From: Blepharisma stoltei ATCC 30299 | Lineage: Eukaryota; Protista; Ciliophora | Assembly (NCBI GenBank): GCA_965603825.1 | Contig: CBFDEM010000057.1 | Location: 496,001-560,000, forward strand | Length of the DNA stretch: 64,000 nt | Direction of reading: 5' to 3' | Shown here: positions 1-12,468 of the stretch, piece after piece | Layout of the letters: each line of letters begins with the position of its first letter | How positions within the stretch are numbered: the stretch's first letter is position 1 | The notes under the pieces: generated by a model | Databases searched by the model: none | Told to the model about the DNA's origin: nothing | What the model saw: the letters and a program-made list of their open reading frames with translations, nothing else | Translations under genes and position numbers: made by a program

Positions 1-2682
1 GACTTTAAAGTGAAATCAGCAACAAAAGAAACTGTCCCTATGATAGATTATTTGAAAATAATGAAGCAGGCTTCAGCACAAAAAGAAATGAATAATAAAA
101 TAAAGTTTGCCGTTAATGTTGATCTTGGGAGCTGGGAAGAAGAAATTGATGAAATGAGACGAAAGCTGCCTGCAAAGATTTTATGGGACTCTAAATATGA
201 TTCACTCAAATACACTCGCCAACATATATTAGGCATGACCCTTCCTCAGGCTTACTTAAAAATTAAAGGATGCTGGACTGGAGGCCACGAAGAAAATCTA
301 CGCTTTTGTGCTGCAAATATCAACCATGGGCCAAGCGATGTTGAATGGTGGACTCTCAAAACTTCAGAAAACTTAAAATTCAGAGATTGCGTAATGAGAG
401 ACTATAATATTGACATTTATATAACAGAAACTTTGTGGTGGCCTGATTTAATATACTGCCTATCTAAAGGATTTACTGTCTATCATGTTGTGCAAAAGCC
501 AGGAGACTTAGTTTTAGTTGGTGCAAGCGCAATTCATTGGGTGAAAAGTTGCGATGTTACTGTTAATACAGCTTGAAATTTCGGCCCAAAAACACTCAAA
601 AATTTTCAACTTGCTTTTGAAAGATATGATATAAATTTGAAAATTAATTACAGAAACCTAGTGCCGATGCATATATTGGCATTGGATTTGCTTAATCATG
701 AAATGTCTACCTTGCCGGCTGACTTAGTGGAATTTTTATATCAAAAAATCAATGAAGCATATATAGAAGATAAAAAAAGCTTGGAGAAGCTTCCAAAAGC
801 TAATATATCATTAAATCAAGTTGACAACGCTTTATGCTGTGAAAGCTGTTACGTTGAGCTTTTTTGGATTTATTATCGCTGCAGCAAATGCTACAAAAAC
901 CGACTTAAGAATAGATCAGATCAAGAGTGTGTCTTTTGCAAAACGTGTGCGTATAAAAATCATAAGCCAAAGTGCAAATCTACTATCGAAGTAATTCAAA
1001 AATTTACATCAGATGACTTCAAGAGGTTTCAGGAAAGGGTACAGAATGTATTAAATAAACAAGAATTCGAATCTCCGTTACAGCAAGAGTTGCTTTATCC
1101 TTATGATAAATTTACGATGGAAGGAGTCTATAAGAGCTCGTTTACTGGAATAGAAACTGATGGAAGTTCTGAGGAAAATGTTAAAATTCGAGAAGAAACA
1201 AAATCTCCTGTAAAAAAATCATTAAAGGCTAGAAAAGGAAAAAATAAAGCTATGTCATACTCTACCAGTGAAAACAAAAGTACGGAAAAAGAAGACTTTG
1301 CATTTCCAGAAATTAAAAGCGATAAAGCTAAAAAATCTAAGATCATCTTGCCTCCAATTGAAAATATAATGAGTGTTGAAGAGAATAAAGAGGAAAGTGA
1401 AAATGAGAGAATGGACATTGAAGAAGAAGATAAAGCACCAGCAAAAAAGACAAATAAATCGAAGCAAATAAAAGAAGAAGTCTCAAAGAAAAAGGATAAA
1501 TCGCAAGTATATAAAACTTCTCTACAAAAAGATGAGAAACCAATAGGTAAGAAGAAAGCAAAAGATGATAAATCTATTGAACCAAAAAAAGATAGCATAT
1601 CTGATCAAAAAAAGGCCTCAAAAATTGGTGAGAATACTCAGAAAAAATCTAAGTCTTCTAAGAAATCTGAGCAAAATCTAGAAGAGCCTGAAGCAAAACT
1701 TCCCAAATCTTCATCAAAGAAAGAAAAAGTTGAAATTACCCAAGAGAATTCTGAAGAAACATTAGAGACCCCAAAAGATCTTAAAGCTAGAAATTCCTCA
1801 GAAATTGCGGATGAAGATATAATAGAGTCCAAAGAAAAAAATTCAAGCAATCGAAGAAGATTAAGAACTAGAAAACCTCCCAAAAAATACAATCAGACTT
1901 CTTTACCTTTACAAGCTTATCAAAATTTAGCCCAGAAAAGTAATAAATATAATGAGGAAGAGAACGAAGCGAATGAAGAAGAGGAAATAAAAGAAGAAAA
2001 ACCTGAAAAAGCGCCTGCAGCAAAACTCAAATCTAAAGAAAAAGAAAAATTAAAAGAAGAGAGCGAAGAAGAGGAAGAGGAAAGCGAAGAAGAAACACTT
2101 CAAAAAAAGCCTGTTAGAAAGTTCAAGCCCAAAGGAAAGCTAAAAGAGAAATTAGAGGAAAGGAAAGAAATTGCAACTCAAGCTTTACCTAAAAATATAC
2201 AAAAAGATATAGAAAAGAAAGAGGTAGAAGAGGAAGTAAAAGAAAAATTGCCAGAAAAACGTCAAAGAAATGAGGAAAAGTCTAAAATAGGGAAAAAAGA
2301 GAAGAAAATGAAAATCAATGAAATTATTAAGGCAGAAAGCAATAAAAAAGATCATGAGAAACGTAATAAAAAAGACAATGAAGAGCATCCAGAAAGACCT
2401 ATTGAAGGGCACGGTCATAATAAAGAAAACACTGCAAAAACTGAACATTCTGATAAGACTGACTCTGCAAAAAGTGGTCTTCCTTTGAAAAAGCAAAAAT
2501 TAGAAGATACCAAAGAGCCAAAACTAAACCAAGAAATATCCCAACCTCTGCCTATAACTTCAAATGCAATGGATATTGACCAAGCCTCACCTTCACAGCC
2601 TCTTCCCAAATCAATTTCTGAAATATTCCCGAAGATTCCTCAAAAATTTGATATTATTCCTAAAAAGCCAAAAATTATCTAA
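1..2682 (+). CDS. JmjC histone demethylase, KDM6/UTX-like, 5'-truncated by the window; Cys-rich Zn-binding domain then long K/E-rich tail
   Basis: ORFs 10..576 and 637..2682 are in one frame joined by TGA(574-576)=Trp in NTA-W-NFGP (KDM6 family: NNIAWNVGP). Motifs GHEEN, NINHGP, QKPGDLVLV, IHWV; CESC...C Zn motif. Confidence 0.88.
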
Positions 2683-2790
2683 TTTACTTAATTCTTTTTT
2701 CTAACTAAATAGTAATTAATATATTGAAAATCCAAGAGACAAATAAATTGATTATTGAATTCAATATTTGCTTAAATATTTTATATTAAT

Positions 2791-3978
2791 TTATTTCTTT
2801 TCTCTTATTTCTATACTATCAATTTTCTCTCCTTCTAACTTCCTTTGAGCTTTTACATAAAATTGCATATCTTTTATTCTTCCTTCAAGATCTTCAATTT
2901 CATCTTTGACTTCTTTAGTGCATTTAAATACAGTTCTTCCCTTTTCTAATTTCGCTAATTCTTGATTTTCTTTTGCTAATTCTTCTGCGCGCTCGTTTTC
3001 TCTTTTAATAATTTTCCCTATACTTTCGATCTCTTTTTCAAGACTTTCTTGGGCTCTGCATTTTTCACTTAATTCTCGGTTTTCTTTTTGAATATTTCTT
3101 AAGAGTTCAATTAAAGAAGAATCGAGTGTGGTATCTAATTCTTTTAATCTCTCGTTATAATATTCTCTTTGAGTCTCTAATAAGCTTGAAAGCAAACAAT
3201 TATACTCAAAAACCAAATTTTCAGCCTTTTTACTTTGATGTTCTCCAGGACTTGCAACTTCTACAATTTTATCCCCAGAGCTGACGAGTCTATGTATAGG
3301 GATCCCTCTTGAGTAGTCTCAAGTAGTCTTGGTTTCTATGTCCTGAAAATAAGTGTGCCCTACAGTTTCATAGTGCTCCTCTGAATGATACTTACATCCA
3401 AGCTCTCCACAGATAAGACACATAGTAACATTTTCTTCTTCACCACATGTATCGCATTGGCTCTTGTCAGGAGGCGATAAATGATATCTGCATACAGGAC
3501 ACGTAGAGTGATTTAGCTTTTCAAGGCATTTTATATGAAAAGAATGCCCGCAAAGTACGGTAATCGCTGGAACATCAATATCTTCTAGACAAATTGGGCA
3601 ATGATCTGAGTGGTTTATAAATAAGTTTGAATCTGAGCCAGAAATATCAATTGATTGAACAAACAGCAATTGGCAGATATGGTCTTCTATTGAGTTAAAT
3701 TTTACCCCAGAGTAAGCTTGAAAAATTTCTTTAGCAGAGACGTCAGAATCAGTTAAAATTGCACACAGATAGTGTTTAGAAGTTGGTCCTTTGAGTACAC
3801 GAATTTCTTTTATTTGTGGTAAAGATGCTGAGAGGAATACATATAAATCTACAAGAATTAAAGATGTAGGGATATCTACCATAAGAAGTATTGGGGTTTC
3901 TGTATCAGATAATGCAATATTTCCTTTTAAGATATCAACTGAAGGATTACCACTTCAAAATTCTATTCCTTTTTCCAT
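2791..3978 (-). CDS. BRAP: BRAP2/ETP1-type RING finger + Zn-UBP ubiquitin ligase with C-terminal coiled coil
   Basis: ATG at 3978 gives MEKGIEF-W(TGA)-SGNPSVDI. FNSIE motif, RING CPIC..CGHSFH..CPVC, ZnF-UBP CLICG..GC. TGA 3319 = W in TT-W-DYS; EYxxLLxSxLETQRxYY motif. Confidence 0.88.
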
Positions 3979-4010
3979 AATTTATTTAGTTTATTATAAC
4001 TAAAAGATCC

Positions 4011-4631
4011 TTACGGCTTTCTTCTGCTATACTCTTTAACATCATATAGCAGATCAATTGCGCACTCAGGCAAGACTTTCGTCCAAACATAATAATTCAC
4101 TTTTCGCTTATACCAAACCCAGTGTTCAAGCGCCATCGTGTTGTCATTATTATCTTTTGATTCTTCTCTTACCCCTGGAATATCATCAATTTTTGGTTGG
4201 CAATAGTAGTTTCCATCAAATCCGCAGTTGCAGAAGCCATATTCTCCGATTATTAGTAGGCAATCTTTATCAATTTGACAAGGCTTAGGATGGGTACCTT
4301 CAGCTAAAGTATTGTTTTCGTTTCACTTGTATTTTATGTGCCATGAGTTGTATCCTCCGAAATCATCTGGCTTTGGTTTGGGCCTTACTGGAAATTCGTA
4401 TCTTGTTGTTGGGGTTATTTTTGGGATCTGATTGTAGGCTGTTACAATTTGCAAGAGAGAGCAAGCATAATCATCAGAGAATGGAGGATCGCTATTTATA
4501 AAAAGTTGTTTTCCATTAAGCTCTGCGCAGAATTTTTTACTTAATGGCTTGCATGATATAACTGGGCATCCTGGCTGGCTTGAATAAGAGATCCACAATT
4601 TTAGAACAATCAAAAGAAGCTTGAATGGCAT
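4011..4631 (-). CDS. Secreted Cys-rich protein of unknown function (206 aa)
   Basis: Signal-like start MPFKLLLIVLKLW. Reads through TGA 4323 into LAEGTHPKPCQIDKDC..GFCNCGFDGNYYCQP and ends at TAA 4011-4013. Confidence 0.7.
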
Positions 4632-5663
4632 TTTACTATAATAAAATATGAGATAAATTATGCAGTCCTGCAAAGAATTGCACAAACAAAGCCTCAACCT
4701 CGAGCATTCATGCATTCTCTGCCCTCATGAATATTGCTTCTATTTTTATGCCGGAAGTCACTTGAAATGGCATAATTTAAATCTATTTTATGAGAGCTTG
4801 TGAAGGAGCAGAATAATTCAATTAAAGAATTTTAAACGAAAATCATCGATAGAAATATTAAGGAGAAGATGATAGCTTATTTTGACTAATATCATAGTCC
4901 AAAAATAAGAAGAATGGATTTGAATTTAAGATGGAACAAATAATTTTGAATATTCTTTAAGAATTTGAGGATTCTGAGCCTTAGCTGATGGATGGGTTAA
5001 AATGAACCTAAAAAAATTGAAGGCTTAGAGAAAGAAAGAGAACTCAATTATAAAGACCGAGTAGATTACTTTACTTTCATAATAATTCATTTCTATAAGA
5101 TCTTGAAAAGAAAATAACTAAATCAAAACCAAATCTAATATAAAATTCGAAGCAAAATTAAGCGATTATAGTTTATAATGGTTTTAGACTTACATAGCCT
5201 GAGACATATGCATTTGGCATTATCCAAATCATGAATTATTTGCTATTATATAAAATTTTTTGTAGTTTCAATTAATATTTAATTTTTTTAAACTCATCTT
5301 TGTAGCAGGCTTTAGAATGATTCTGACTCAGAGCGATTGTATTTAATTGAGTGAGCTTTATAAAGACGGATTCTGTATGAAGCGAATTTGGAGATTATTT
5401 TGATTGAAAAATGATAGCAATTTTCAATAATAGATACAGTTTCTAATTAAAATATAGTTTTTTATTGTAAAAAAGGTCTATTTTTATTAGATTGCTTATA
5501 AAATAATAATGATATTGGACTAAAATATAAGAAGTTAGCTTGTAACATAAAAATTTAATTCAAATAAAACTAAAATATAGTTTTTATCAACTTCTAATTT
5601 GATAATGATATTTATAAAGCCATAAGAAAAGATAGATAAGTTAAAATGAGCCCAATTTAAATT

Positions 5664-7247
5664 ATGGAGAGTTCTTCGGAATCAGAAACTATTAGTAGAG
5701 GTAACGAAATCGTTATTAATCTAGCTAACACACAATATGATGTTCTTGAAGAGGTAGCAAGCTCACTCGGTTGGGAAACATCTGAAGATCCAAATGATAA
5801 AGAATGCGATGTCATATGGATTGATGGTGCTTTACAGCCTGAACAGTTAAGTGAGCTTAAGCCGTTTCAAAGAATTAATCATTTTCCAGGGATGTATGCA
5901 ATTGCAAGAAAAGACCACTTGGGCAAAAATTTAAAAACAATGAAAGGGATGTTTCCTGGAGAGTATGATTTTTTTCCTTCTACTTGGCTTATACCCCGAG
6001 ACTTAACTGATCTTAGAAACCAATTTATTGCAAAACTAGATAGAACTTATATATGCAAACCAGAAGCATCTTGCCAAGGGAAAGGAATTTTCTTAACTAG
6101 AAAACTAGAAGACATCCCTGAGCATTGTGTAGTTCAAAAGTACTTGTCAAAACCTTATCTTATAGATGGGTTAAAATTTGACCTTAGATTATATGTATTA
6201 GTTGCCTCTTGTGATCCTCTTAGAGTTTATCTGCATAAAGAAGGATTAGTCCGTTTTGCAACTGAACCTTATATTCCACCTACAGCTTCAAACTTAAACG
6301 AGGCATGCATGCATCTAACCAATTATGCAATCAATAAAAATAATCCAAAATTTATTTTCAACCATGGAGAAAACGATAATTTTGCAGGACACAAGCGATC
6401 TTTTAGTGCTTTTATGAAATATTTGGAGCAATGTGGAGAAGATACAAACGCAATGATGAAAAAAGTGCACGATATGATAATAAAAACGTTATGCATGGTG
6501 CAGCCTCTATTATCACATTTATATAGAGCTTCCCATCCAAGTGAGCCAACAAGTTGTATTTGCTTTCAAATTCTAGGCTTTGATGTATTTTTGGATTACA
6601 AACTAAGGCCTCATCTCTTAGAAGTGAACCATACCCCAAGCTTCACAACAGATACTCCATTGGACTCTGTTGTCAAGCAAGCAGTTATCGGAGACGCTTT
6701 AAGAATGCTTGGCTTATCAGAAGGAAATCGGGCTAACTATTACTTAAATCAGCCTTGTGAGTTTAAAAACCGAACCCAAAAAAAAATCAAAGAAGTTCGT
6801 GCTATGCGAGACTTATTAAAAGCAAAATCAGTCCAATTTCGTGACAACACTGATATGAAATTCAAAGGCGGCTATGAATTAATATACTCTGGCTCAGATA
6901 AATATAAGCAGTTTATGGCTGCAGCAAGGGATATCTGGCTCAGCAATGCTACAATAAGAATAAAACGCCCAGAAATAACAGCTCCTATAGTGTCACCGCC
7001 TTTAGTTAAAGGGAAAACTAAACAGACCCCAAAAGTAAAAAACGATCACATAAGACGGGCTTCTTTGTCTCCATCAAAATCAAATAATTCACTCCAGCCT
7101 AAAGCTACTTTACGAGGGACTATAAAGTTTCCAGCACTCAAAGCTGATGCCGGAACGTTTTTAAGACCAAGAATTTTTGAGTTTAATGAAACTGTTAACC
7201 CTCATACCATTCTCAAAGGAAGAAGACGATACAATTATAACATTTAA
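5664..7247 (+). CDS. Tubulin-tyrosine ligase-like tubulin polyglutamylase (TTLL6/7/13-like)
   Basis: QRINHFPGM, KPEASCQGKGI, KFDLRLYVLV, HLTNYAINK, ILGFDV, LLEVNHTPSF. Confidence 0.92.
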   Translation: MESSSESETISRGNEIVINLANTQYDVLEEVASSLGWETSEDPNDKECDVIWIDGALQPEQLSELKPFQRINHFPGMYAIARKDHLGKNLKTMKGMFPGEYDFFPSTWLIPRDLTDLRNQFIAKLDRTYICKPEASCQGKGIFLTRKLEDIPEHCVVQKYLSKPYLIDGLKFDLRLYVLVASCDPLRVYLHKEGLVRFATEPYIPPTASNLNEACMHLTNYAINKNNPKFIFNHGENDNFAGHKRSFSAFMKYLEQCGEDTNAMMKKVHDMIIKTLCMVQPLLSHLYRASHPSEPTSCICFQILGFDVFLDYKLRPHLLEVNHTPSFTTDTPLDSVVKQAVIGDALRMLGLSEGNRANYYLNQPCEFKNRTQKKIKEVRAMRDLLKAKSVQFRDNTDMKFKGGYELIYSGSDKYKQFMAAARDIWLSNATIRIKRPEITAPIVSPPLVKGKTKQTPKVKNDHIRRASLSPSKSNNSLQPKATLRGTIKFPALKADAGTFLRPRIFEFNETVNPHTILKGRRRYNYNI

Positions 7248-7287
7248 TTGTAATATAAATCATTGCTAAAATATATATCATACTTAA

Positions 7288-7938
7288 ATGGAAGACCCAT
7301 CAATGCCTAGTGGCTTTCTCAATCTTTCCAATCAGTCCTTATCATCGTTAGAATCTCAGTCATTTCAATATACGCGAGCGATAACCCAATTTATTGATAT
7401 ATCTCGGAATAAGCTATCAAATGCGAGCTTTTTATCAGGATTTTCCAAATTACTTCTGATCAATGCAGATTATAATTTTTTCAACTCTTTAGGGTCTTTT
7501 CCAAGCTTGCCAACACTGGATACTCTTTGTTTGAACTCAAACCAGATTTCTGATTTGCCAGCAGCACTTGACCATATTTGTTCGAAATTTCCCAATGTCA
7601 AACATCTAAGCTTAATGAGAAACCCATGCTGCCCTTTTTTAGATGAAAGAGTATCGGACCAGGAAAGGCTTAATTACAGAATGAGTGTTATTGCACATTT
7701 ACCAAATTTAATGTCTTTAGACGGGTCAATGGTAAGTAGTAATGAAAGAGAAATGGCTAATAAATGAGCCAGAGACCATCAAACCGGACCAAGGCCTGCT
7801 GTCACACCTTTTCGATATGAAGCAATCCCTGAGCCGGCGCGTGAAACTTCGATAAAAGTCTCTATGAAAGCACCTGAAAAGAAAAAGAAAGCCACAACAA
7901 GTGAAGGAAACCGATTTATTACAAACAAAGAACTGTAA
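7288..7938 (+). CDS. LRMDA: Leucine-rich repeat protein, LRMDA/C10orf11-like
   Basis: LRR repeats, LMRNPCCP, YRxxVIxxLPNLxxLDG cap. Read through TGA 7765 it ends SEGNRFITNKEL-TAA, matching the family's C-terminal SEGNRFI motif. Confidence 0.8.
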
Positions 7939-8969
7939 GACTTAAGTTAAGTTTTAGAATTTTTTAAGCGTTTTAATTAGATAATACACTTGATGACTCT
8001 AGTAAAAATCCCTCAAAATCTTATGGATATTTTTCTTATGTTTATATTTACTGTAGTACTTTTGTGAGCGGATAGCTTTTTGCTTTGCATATGTCTGATT
8101 ATTTCAATGGATTTATTGCAAATTTCTGAAATTTCTTTCGTTTTCTTTGGACTCGGCTATGTGCTATTATCCTAAATATAGAATTTCGCGGGCATAAAAT
8201 TCTAAGAATGCATACTGACTTTGAATTGCTAGCATGATAGTCTATTGCGAGTATCTTCTAAATTTCATATCAAATACTCTTCTATTAGAACTTCATATTT
8301 ATGCAGAATTAAGGATTCCAGTTTGCGGTATTTATAGCTGAGCTCAGATATACCCATATTGTGAATTGTATTCTTTATAAACTCAATGTTTTCTTCATTA
8401 GCTGTAACATTTTTTCAGTGTGCTTTCTTAATTTTAAATCAATTTTATGATTAGAAGTGAGAGATGCAGCTTTGGTTACGTTTAATAGAAAGTAAACCAT
8501 AAAGCATGTTACTTTCATTAGCAACTAAAAGGACTGTATCAACTGTTATTTTTTCATTGGAAATGCTTCAACAATCTCTATACAATTTAATGATAAAGTA
8601 ACATGAAATGGTGCAGAAATATTTTTACGTATTGATCGGAAAATATTGAAAGTTATATAAGAATCTTCTTGAGCTGGAGATTTTCAAATAATTCTACAAC
8701 TGATCTGCATTTCATCTCTTCTCGTTTTTATAATATTCTAGCATAATTCTCAATATGAGTGAGCATTCTAAAATCCTTATTAACCTCTGGTTTTTGAATT
8801 TGTTATAAAGAATTGATATTAAGTCTTCTAAGTTTTCTTTTGGAATCTCAGCCATGCTTTTAACTTTTTTTCTTCTTTATAATAATGTTTAAGCTTTCTG
8901 CTCTATCTACAAATAAGAACCAAAAGTTGCTTGACATTTTAATATAAAATTATATAAAGATTTAGTTAA

Positions 8970-10358
8970 TTACAAACCTCAGCAATTTTTACTTTCAGTT
9001 TCCCAACGCTTGGATTCATAAAGTAGCCTTAAAACGCTTTCAAATTTAGCATGCCGATCTGTAGCTCCTTTTTGATTATTTTCTACAAATTTAGATTCTT
9101 CATTATTATCTTTATTTCCTTGATCATTATTTTTTTCATATAAAATGCTTCCACAGACTGATTGAGATCTTCTTCTTGGCCGAATTGAATCTTCTGCTTC
9201 ACGTAAGTATCTGCTTCTAAGAATCTGAGAAGCACTTGGTCTTGAGTTTGGATTTGGCATCATTAGCTTTTTAACCAACTTTATCATTTCTCTTGAGTTT
9301 TGGCTTGAAAGTGCTTCAGCAAAAGGAACTTTACAATCACGATTCTGCAGAACTAGCTCTTTTTTATTTTTTGCAGACCATGGGGTTTTGCCCGTAAGCA
9401 GCATAAATAAGACTATCCCAACGCTAAAAACATCAACTTTGCTTCCATAGATGTCTCTTTTTAATATTTCTGGAGCTGTAAATCCAGGAGAGCCACATAT
9501 TTGAGTTAATTTTTCTGTATTTATGCATGAAAGTCCAAAATCGCCGAGTTTGATTTCAGTGTCATTATTTTTGGAAACCATAAAAATGTTTTGCAACTTA
9601 ATATCCCGGTGCACAATATTTTTAGAATTTAAGTATTCTATGACATTTAGTAGGTTTTTTATAAGAATTATGGCCTTTTTCTCCGTAATAGGACCATTTG
9701 TTCCAATTCTTTGAAATAAATCACCCCCTTGAGCATAGTCAAGGACTAAATGTACATGATGAGGGCTCTCATATATTTTATGAATTTTTATGATCCTAGG
9801 ATGATCAAGACTTTTCATGATTTCTATCTCATTTATTAAGGCTGAAAAGTGTTCAATCGACTGCAATTGGTACTTAGGAATGCACTTTATGGCATATTCT
9901 TGACCATTTTCAAGATCAGTTGCCAGATATACATAAGAATAGCTCCCTGTGCCCAGTAATGATTTGAAGTCAAAATCATTTTTGATATCTGTCATTATGG
10001 CAACTCTTGATAGACGATCAAGCCAGTCATCAAGTTCTGTCAATGATTTGACATAGAAGTGTCTTTTCACTATCCCTTGGCTTATTCTGAAACCGTACTT
10101 TTTTTCATCTTGGATTTTTTCAACAAATGGCTCAATTATCTTTCATGATATTGGACACTTTTTATTGGGTTTCATTGATTCAGTTTTGGATCTTCATAGT
10201 GAATTTCTTGTGAGTGTAAAGTATCGCTTTTTGACCTTGCTGTTAGGGGTCAGTTCAAAAAGAAACCCAGCATGGATAGGATCAGATGGGGAATCAGTAT
10301 TTCCTCCCCAAAAGCAGAAACCTTGAGACTGATCTAAGTTAGAAAATATCGACAGCAG
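8970..10358 (-). CDS. Ser/Thr protein kinase (CAMK-like) with N-terminal PH-like region; start uncertain (candidate CTG at 10358)
   Basis: GTGSYS, AIK, HRDIKLQN, DFG, GSPGFTAPE. The frame extends upstream of 10070 through two TGA=W (KKRYFTL..SWKIIEPF..YGFRI). The end is TGA 8979 (W), then GL-TAA 8970. Confidence 0.82.
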
Positions 10359-11084
10359 TTTTAAAATTATAATTGATTTATTCTTTTTATTAAATAGCCG
10401 GTAGAAAATGAACTGGCAGTTTTATCTTAGCCATTATTAATTGCTTATAATCAAAATTTGCATTTATTATTAAGTTCCTTTGATTGGAAGAGCTCAAGAA
10501 TAAGCTCGAAAATCCTTTATAACTATCAATGAATTTAGAAATTGATTAATATTCTCAAATATAAATGAGATGCTAAATATGTTAAAGTACTTTAAAAATA
10601 AATCTGCTAATTTAAATTACACTGCTGTATTTTTATAAAAGTTTATGGCTTTCATTGATATGAAATCATATTCACAATTTAAATATTAGGAAAAATTTGG
10701 CTTTTTTCGATCATTCAATTGAATCTGAAAATCACAGCATTCTTGTGTTTGTGATAACTAATTAAGTATTTTAATCAAATGGTCGATATAAATACATAGC
10801 TGATTAAGCAGATTTTGGAATTTAAGATATTACTTGCTTAATAGCTTATTTTTTAATTTCTGAATTTAATTAGGGTACTAATTAATAGTAATCGATCTAA
10901 AAAGACATAGCCCTAATATCCCATTGGTAATTGATATATCTGAGATCAATATCTCCAAAAAATTTAAAGCATTTATTAAGAGTTGCAAGAAATAATGGGC
11001 CTTAATGTTCTTTGCTAAATTTAAAATTTGCTCATATTAAAATAGCTCAATCAGGAAATATTCAATTTAAATTTTTTAACGGAA

Positions 11085-11399
11085 ATGACCATGAAATGGC
11101 TTATACTATTGACTGTCTTAAGCATCTGTTTATCCAATGAAGCACCACAACAATCAGTAATGATAGGAGATGAAATGACAGATATAGCTAAAAATGAGAT
11201 CGTTAATAAAGAAATTGAAGATTTTAAGGAAGGAAAAAGCTCATTCAATCAAGCAAATATTTATCTATTGATGAGAAAAACACTTGGAGAAATCAATGAG
11301 GATGAATATGAAGCTGGGCTAAAAGAACTAGACATGGCTTATACTTTAATGACTGGAAACCCTCCTCCTATAGGGTTTTTGCAAGAAATAAATAATTAA
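11085..11399 (+). CDS. Small secreted protein of unknown function
   Basis: Signal peptide MKWLILLTVLSICLS; TAA stop; isolated ORF in AT-rich flanks. Confidence 0.7.
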   Translation: MTMKWLILLTVLSICLSNEAPQQSVMIGDEMTDIAKNEIVNKEIEDFKEGKSSFNQANIYLLMRKTLGEINEDEYEAGLKELDMAYTLMTGNPPPIGFLQEINN

Positions 11400-11525
11400 T
11401 ATATTTTGTGAAAGAATCAATCGAGCTTGATTTTTTAGTAAAATATTTTTGATATTGCATTCAGATTATATCAATTTTTAATGAATATTTTATCAGAAAA
11501 AATAATAAATTATGTATATTAAATT

Positions 11526-12425
11526 TTAACAGCACAAACCTTTGTAGGGCTTTCTTGATAATGATAAACATTTTTTGTTGACTATAATTCTTGGCATATG
11601 CTGATGACTTACTGTCGTTGGTTGGTTTTGCAATATTTGCTTTTTTTTGAATTTTTCCTCAAGATCAGGCAAAAGCCTTAAATCTTTTACTGAGCCTGCT
11701 AATGGCGGAAGTCCTGACCTTTTTAAAACTTTTTGAATTTTGTTAAAGGATTTATTTTTTAATTTCGCTTTTTCTGCATCCCATAACTCTTTTAGTTCTT
11801 TATTTTTCTCAATTTCTTCATCAGTTTCCAAAACCTTATTGCTTTGAGTATCCTTTTGGATTTTTGAAATTTTATTAATAATATAGCTATCAATTTCTGA
11901 AAAATTTCCCATGTCCTTTAAACTTTTTTCTGCTTCATGATTAACCAAGCTTTTAATGATCCTTTTTGCTATTGCAAGATTTCTGGAATCTTGAAGTGCA
12001 ATCCTTGGATTTAAGTAATTTACTGTTTTATTTAGCTTACCTTCACTATATTTACGATTTTTTCCTGATAAATTCGCTGGAGTTAAAGGATTTATGACTC
12101 AAGAAGGCTCATTTTTGAACTTTAACTCGTTGATCTTTTCACAAGTAATTGGGGAAAATGGTCTCCTTCTGACGACTTTTATTAATTTTCCATGAGAATA
12201 GGATCTATAAAATTCTTTGAAATCATTTTCAGCGACTTTTGGCAAGCAGTAAGAAACTTTTCTTTTTTGAATTTGCGTAGCCTTTGGCTTTATAGGAGTG
12301 TGAGTATCGATTTTACGAAGCCTATCAAAATAGCTTTCTGATCGCCTAGTCAAAGTTTCTTCATTTAAACTATCGTTTTTTTCTCTTCGTTTTATTATAT
12401 CAGATAAGTTGAGTTTAATTTTCAT
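11526..12425 (-). CDS. Hypothetical basic protein
   Basis: ORFs 12099..12437 and 11526..11948 join in frame through TGA 12099=W with no intervening TAA/TAG. The start could also be 12437. Confidence 0.7.
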
Positions 12426-12468
12426 TATTATTATCATAATTCAGAAAATATTAATTTAAGTCTGTACA

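Noticed and set aside
574-576. Selenocysteine or programmed readthrough as the explanation for in-frame TGAs
   Set aside because: The TGAs align to conserved Trp, not Cys, in many unrelated genes.
1128-2609. Antisense ORFs rich in S/F/L opposite K/E-rich genes (also at 25728, 33467, 46030 and elsewhere)
   Set aside because: These are shadows of purine-rich sense codons and show no independent motifs.
4660-4875. 71-codon Cys/His-rich ORF on + (TGA=W)
   Set aside because: Short, with irregular ligand spacing and stop-ridden downstream sequence; at best a decayed fragment.
7956-8937. Coding-like minus-strand segment starting at ATG 8937
   Set aside because: TAA/TAG occur in all frames, no micro-introns rescue a frame and no family was recognised. 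It may be a gene relic but cannot be supported.
10241-10248. TGTTAGGG telomere-like octamer
   Set aside because: A single copy inside a coding region; no array.
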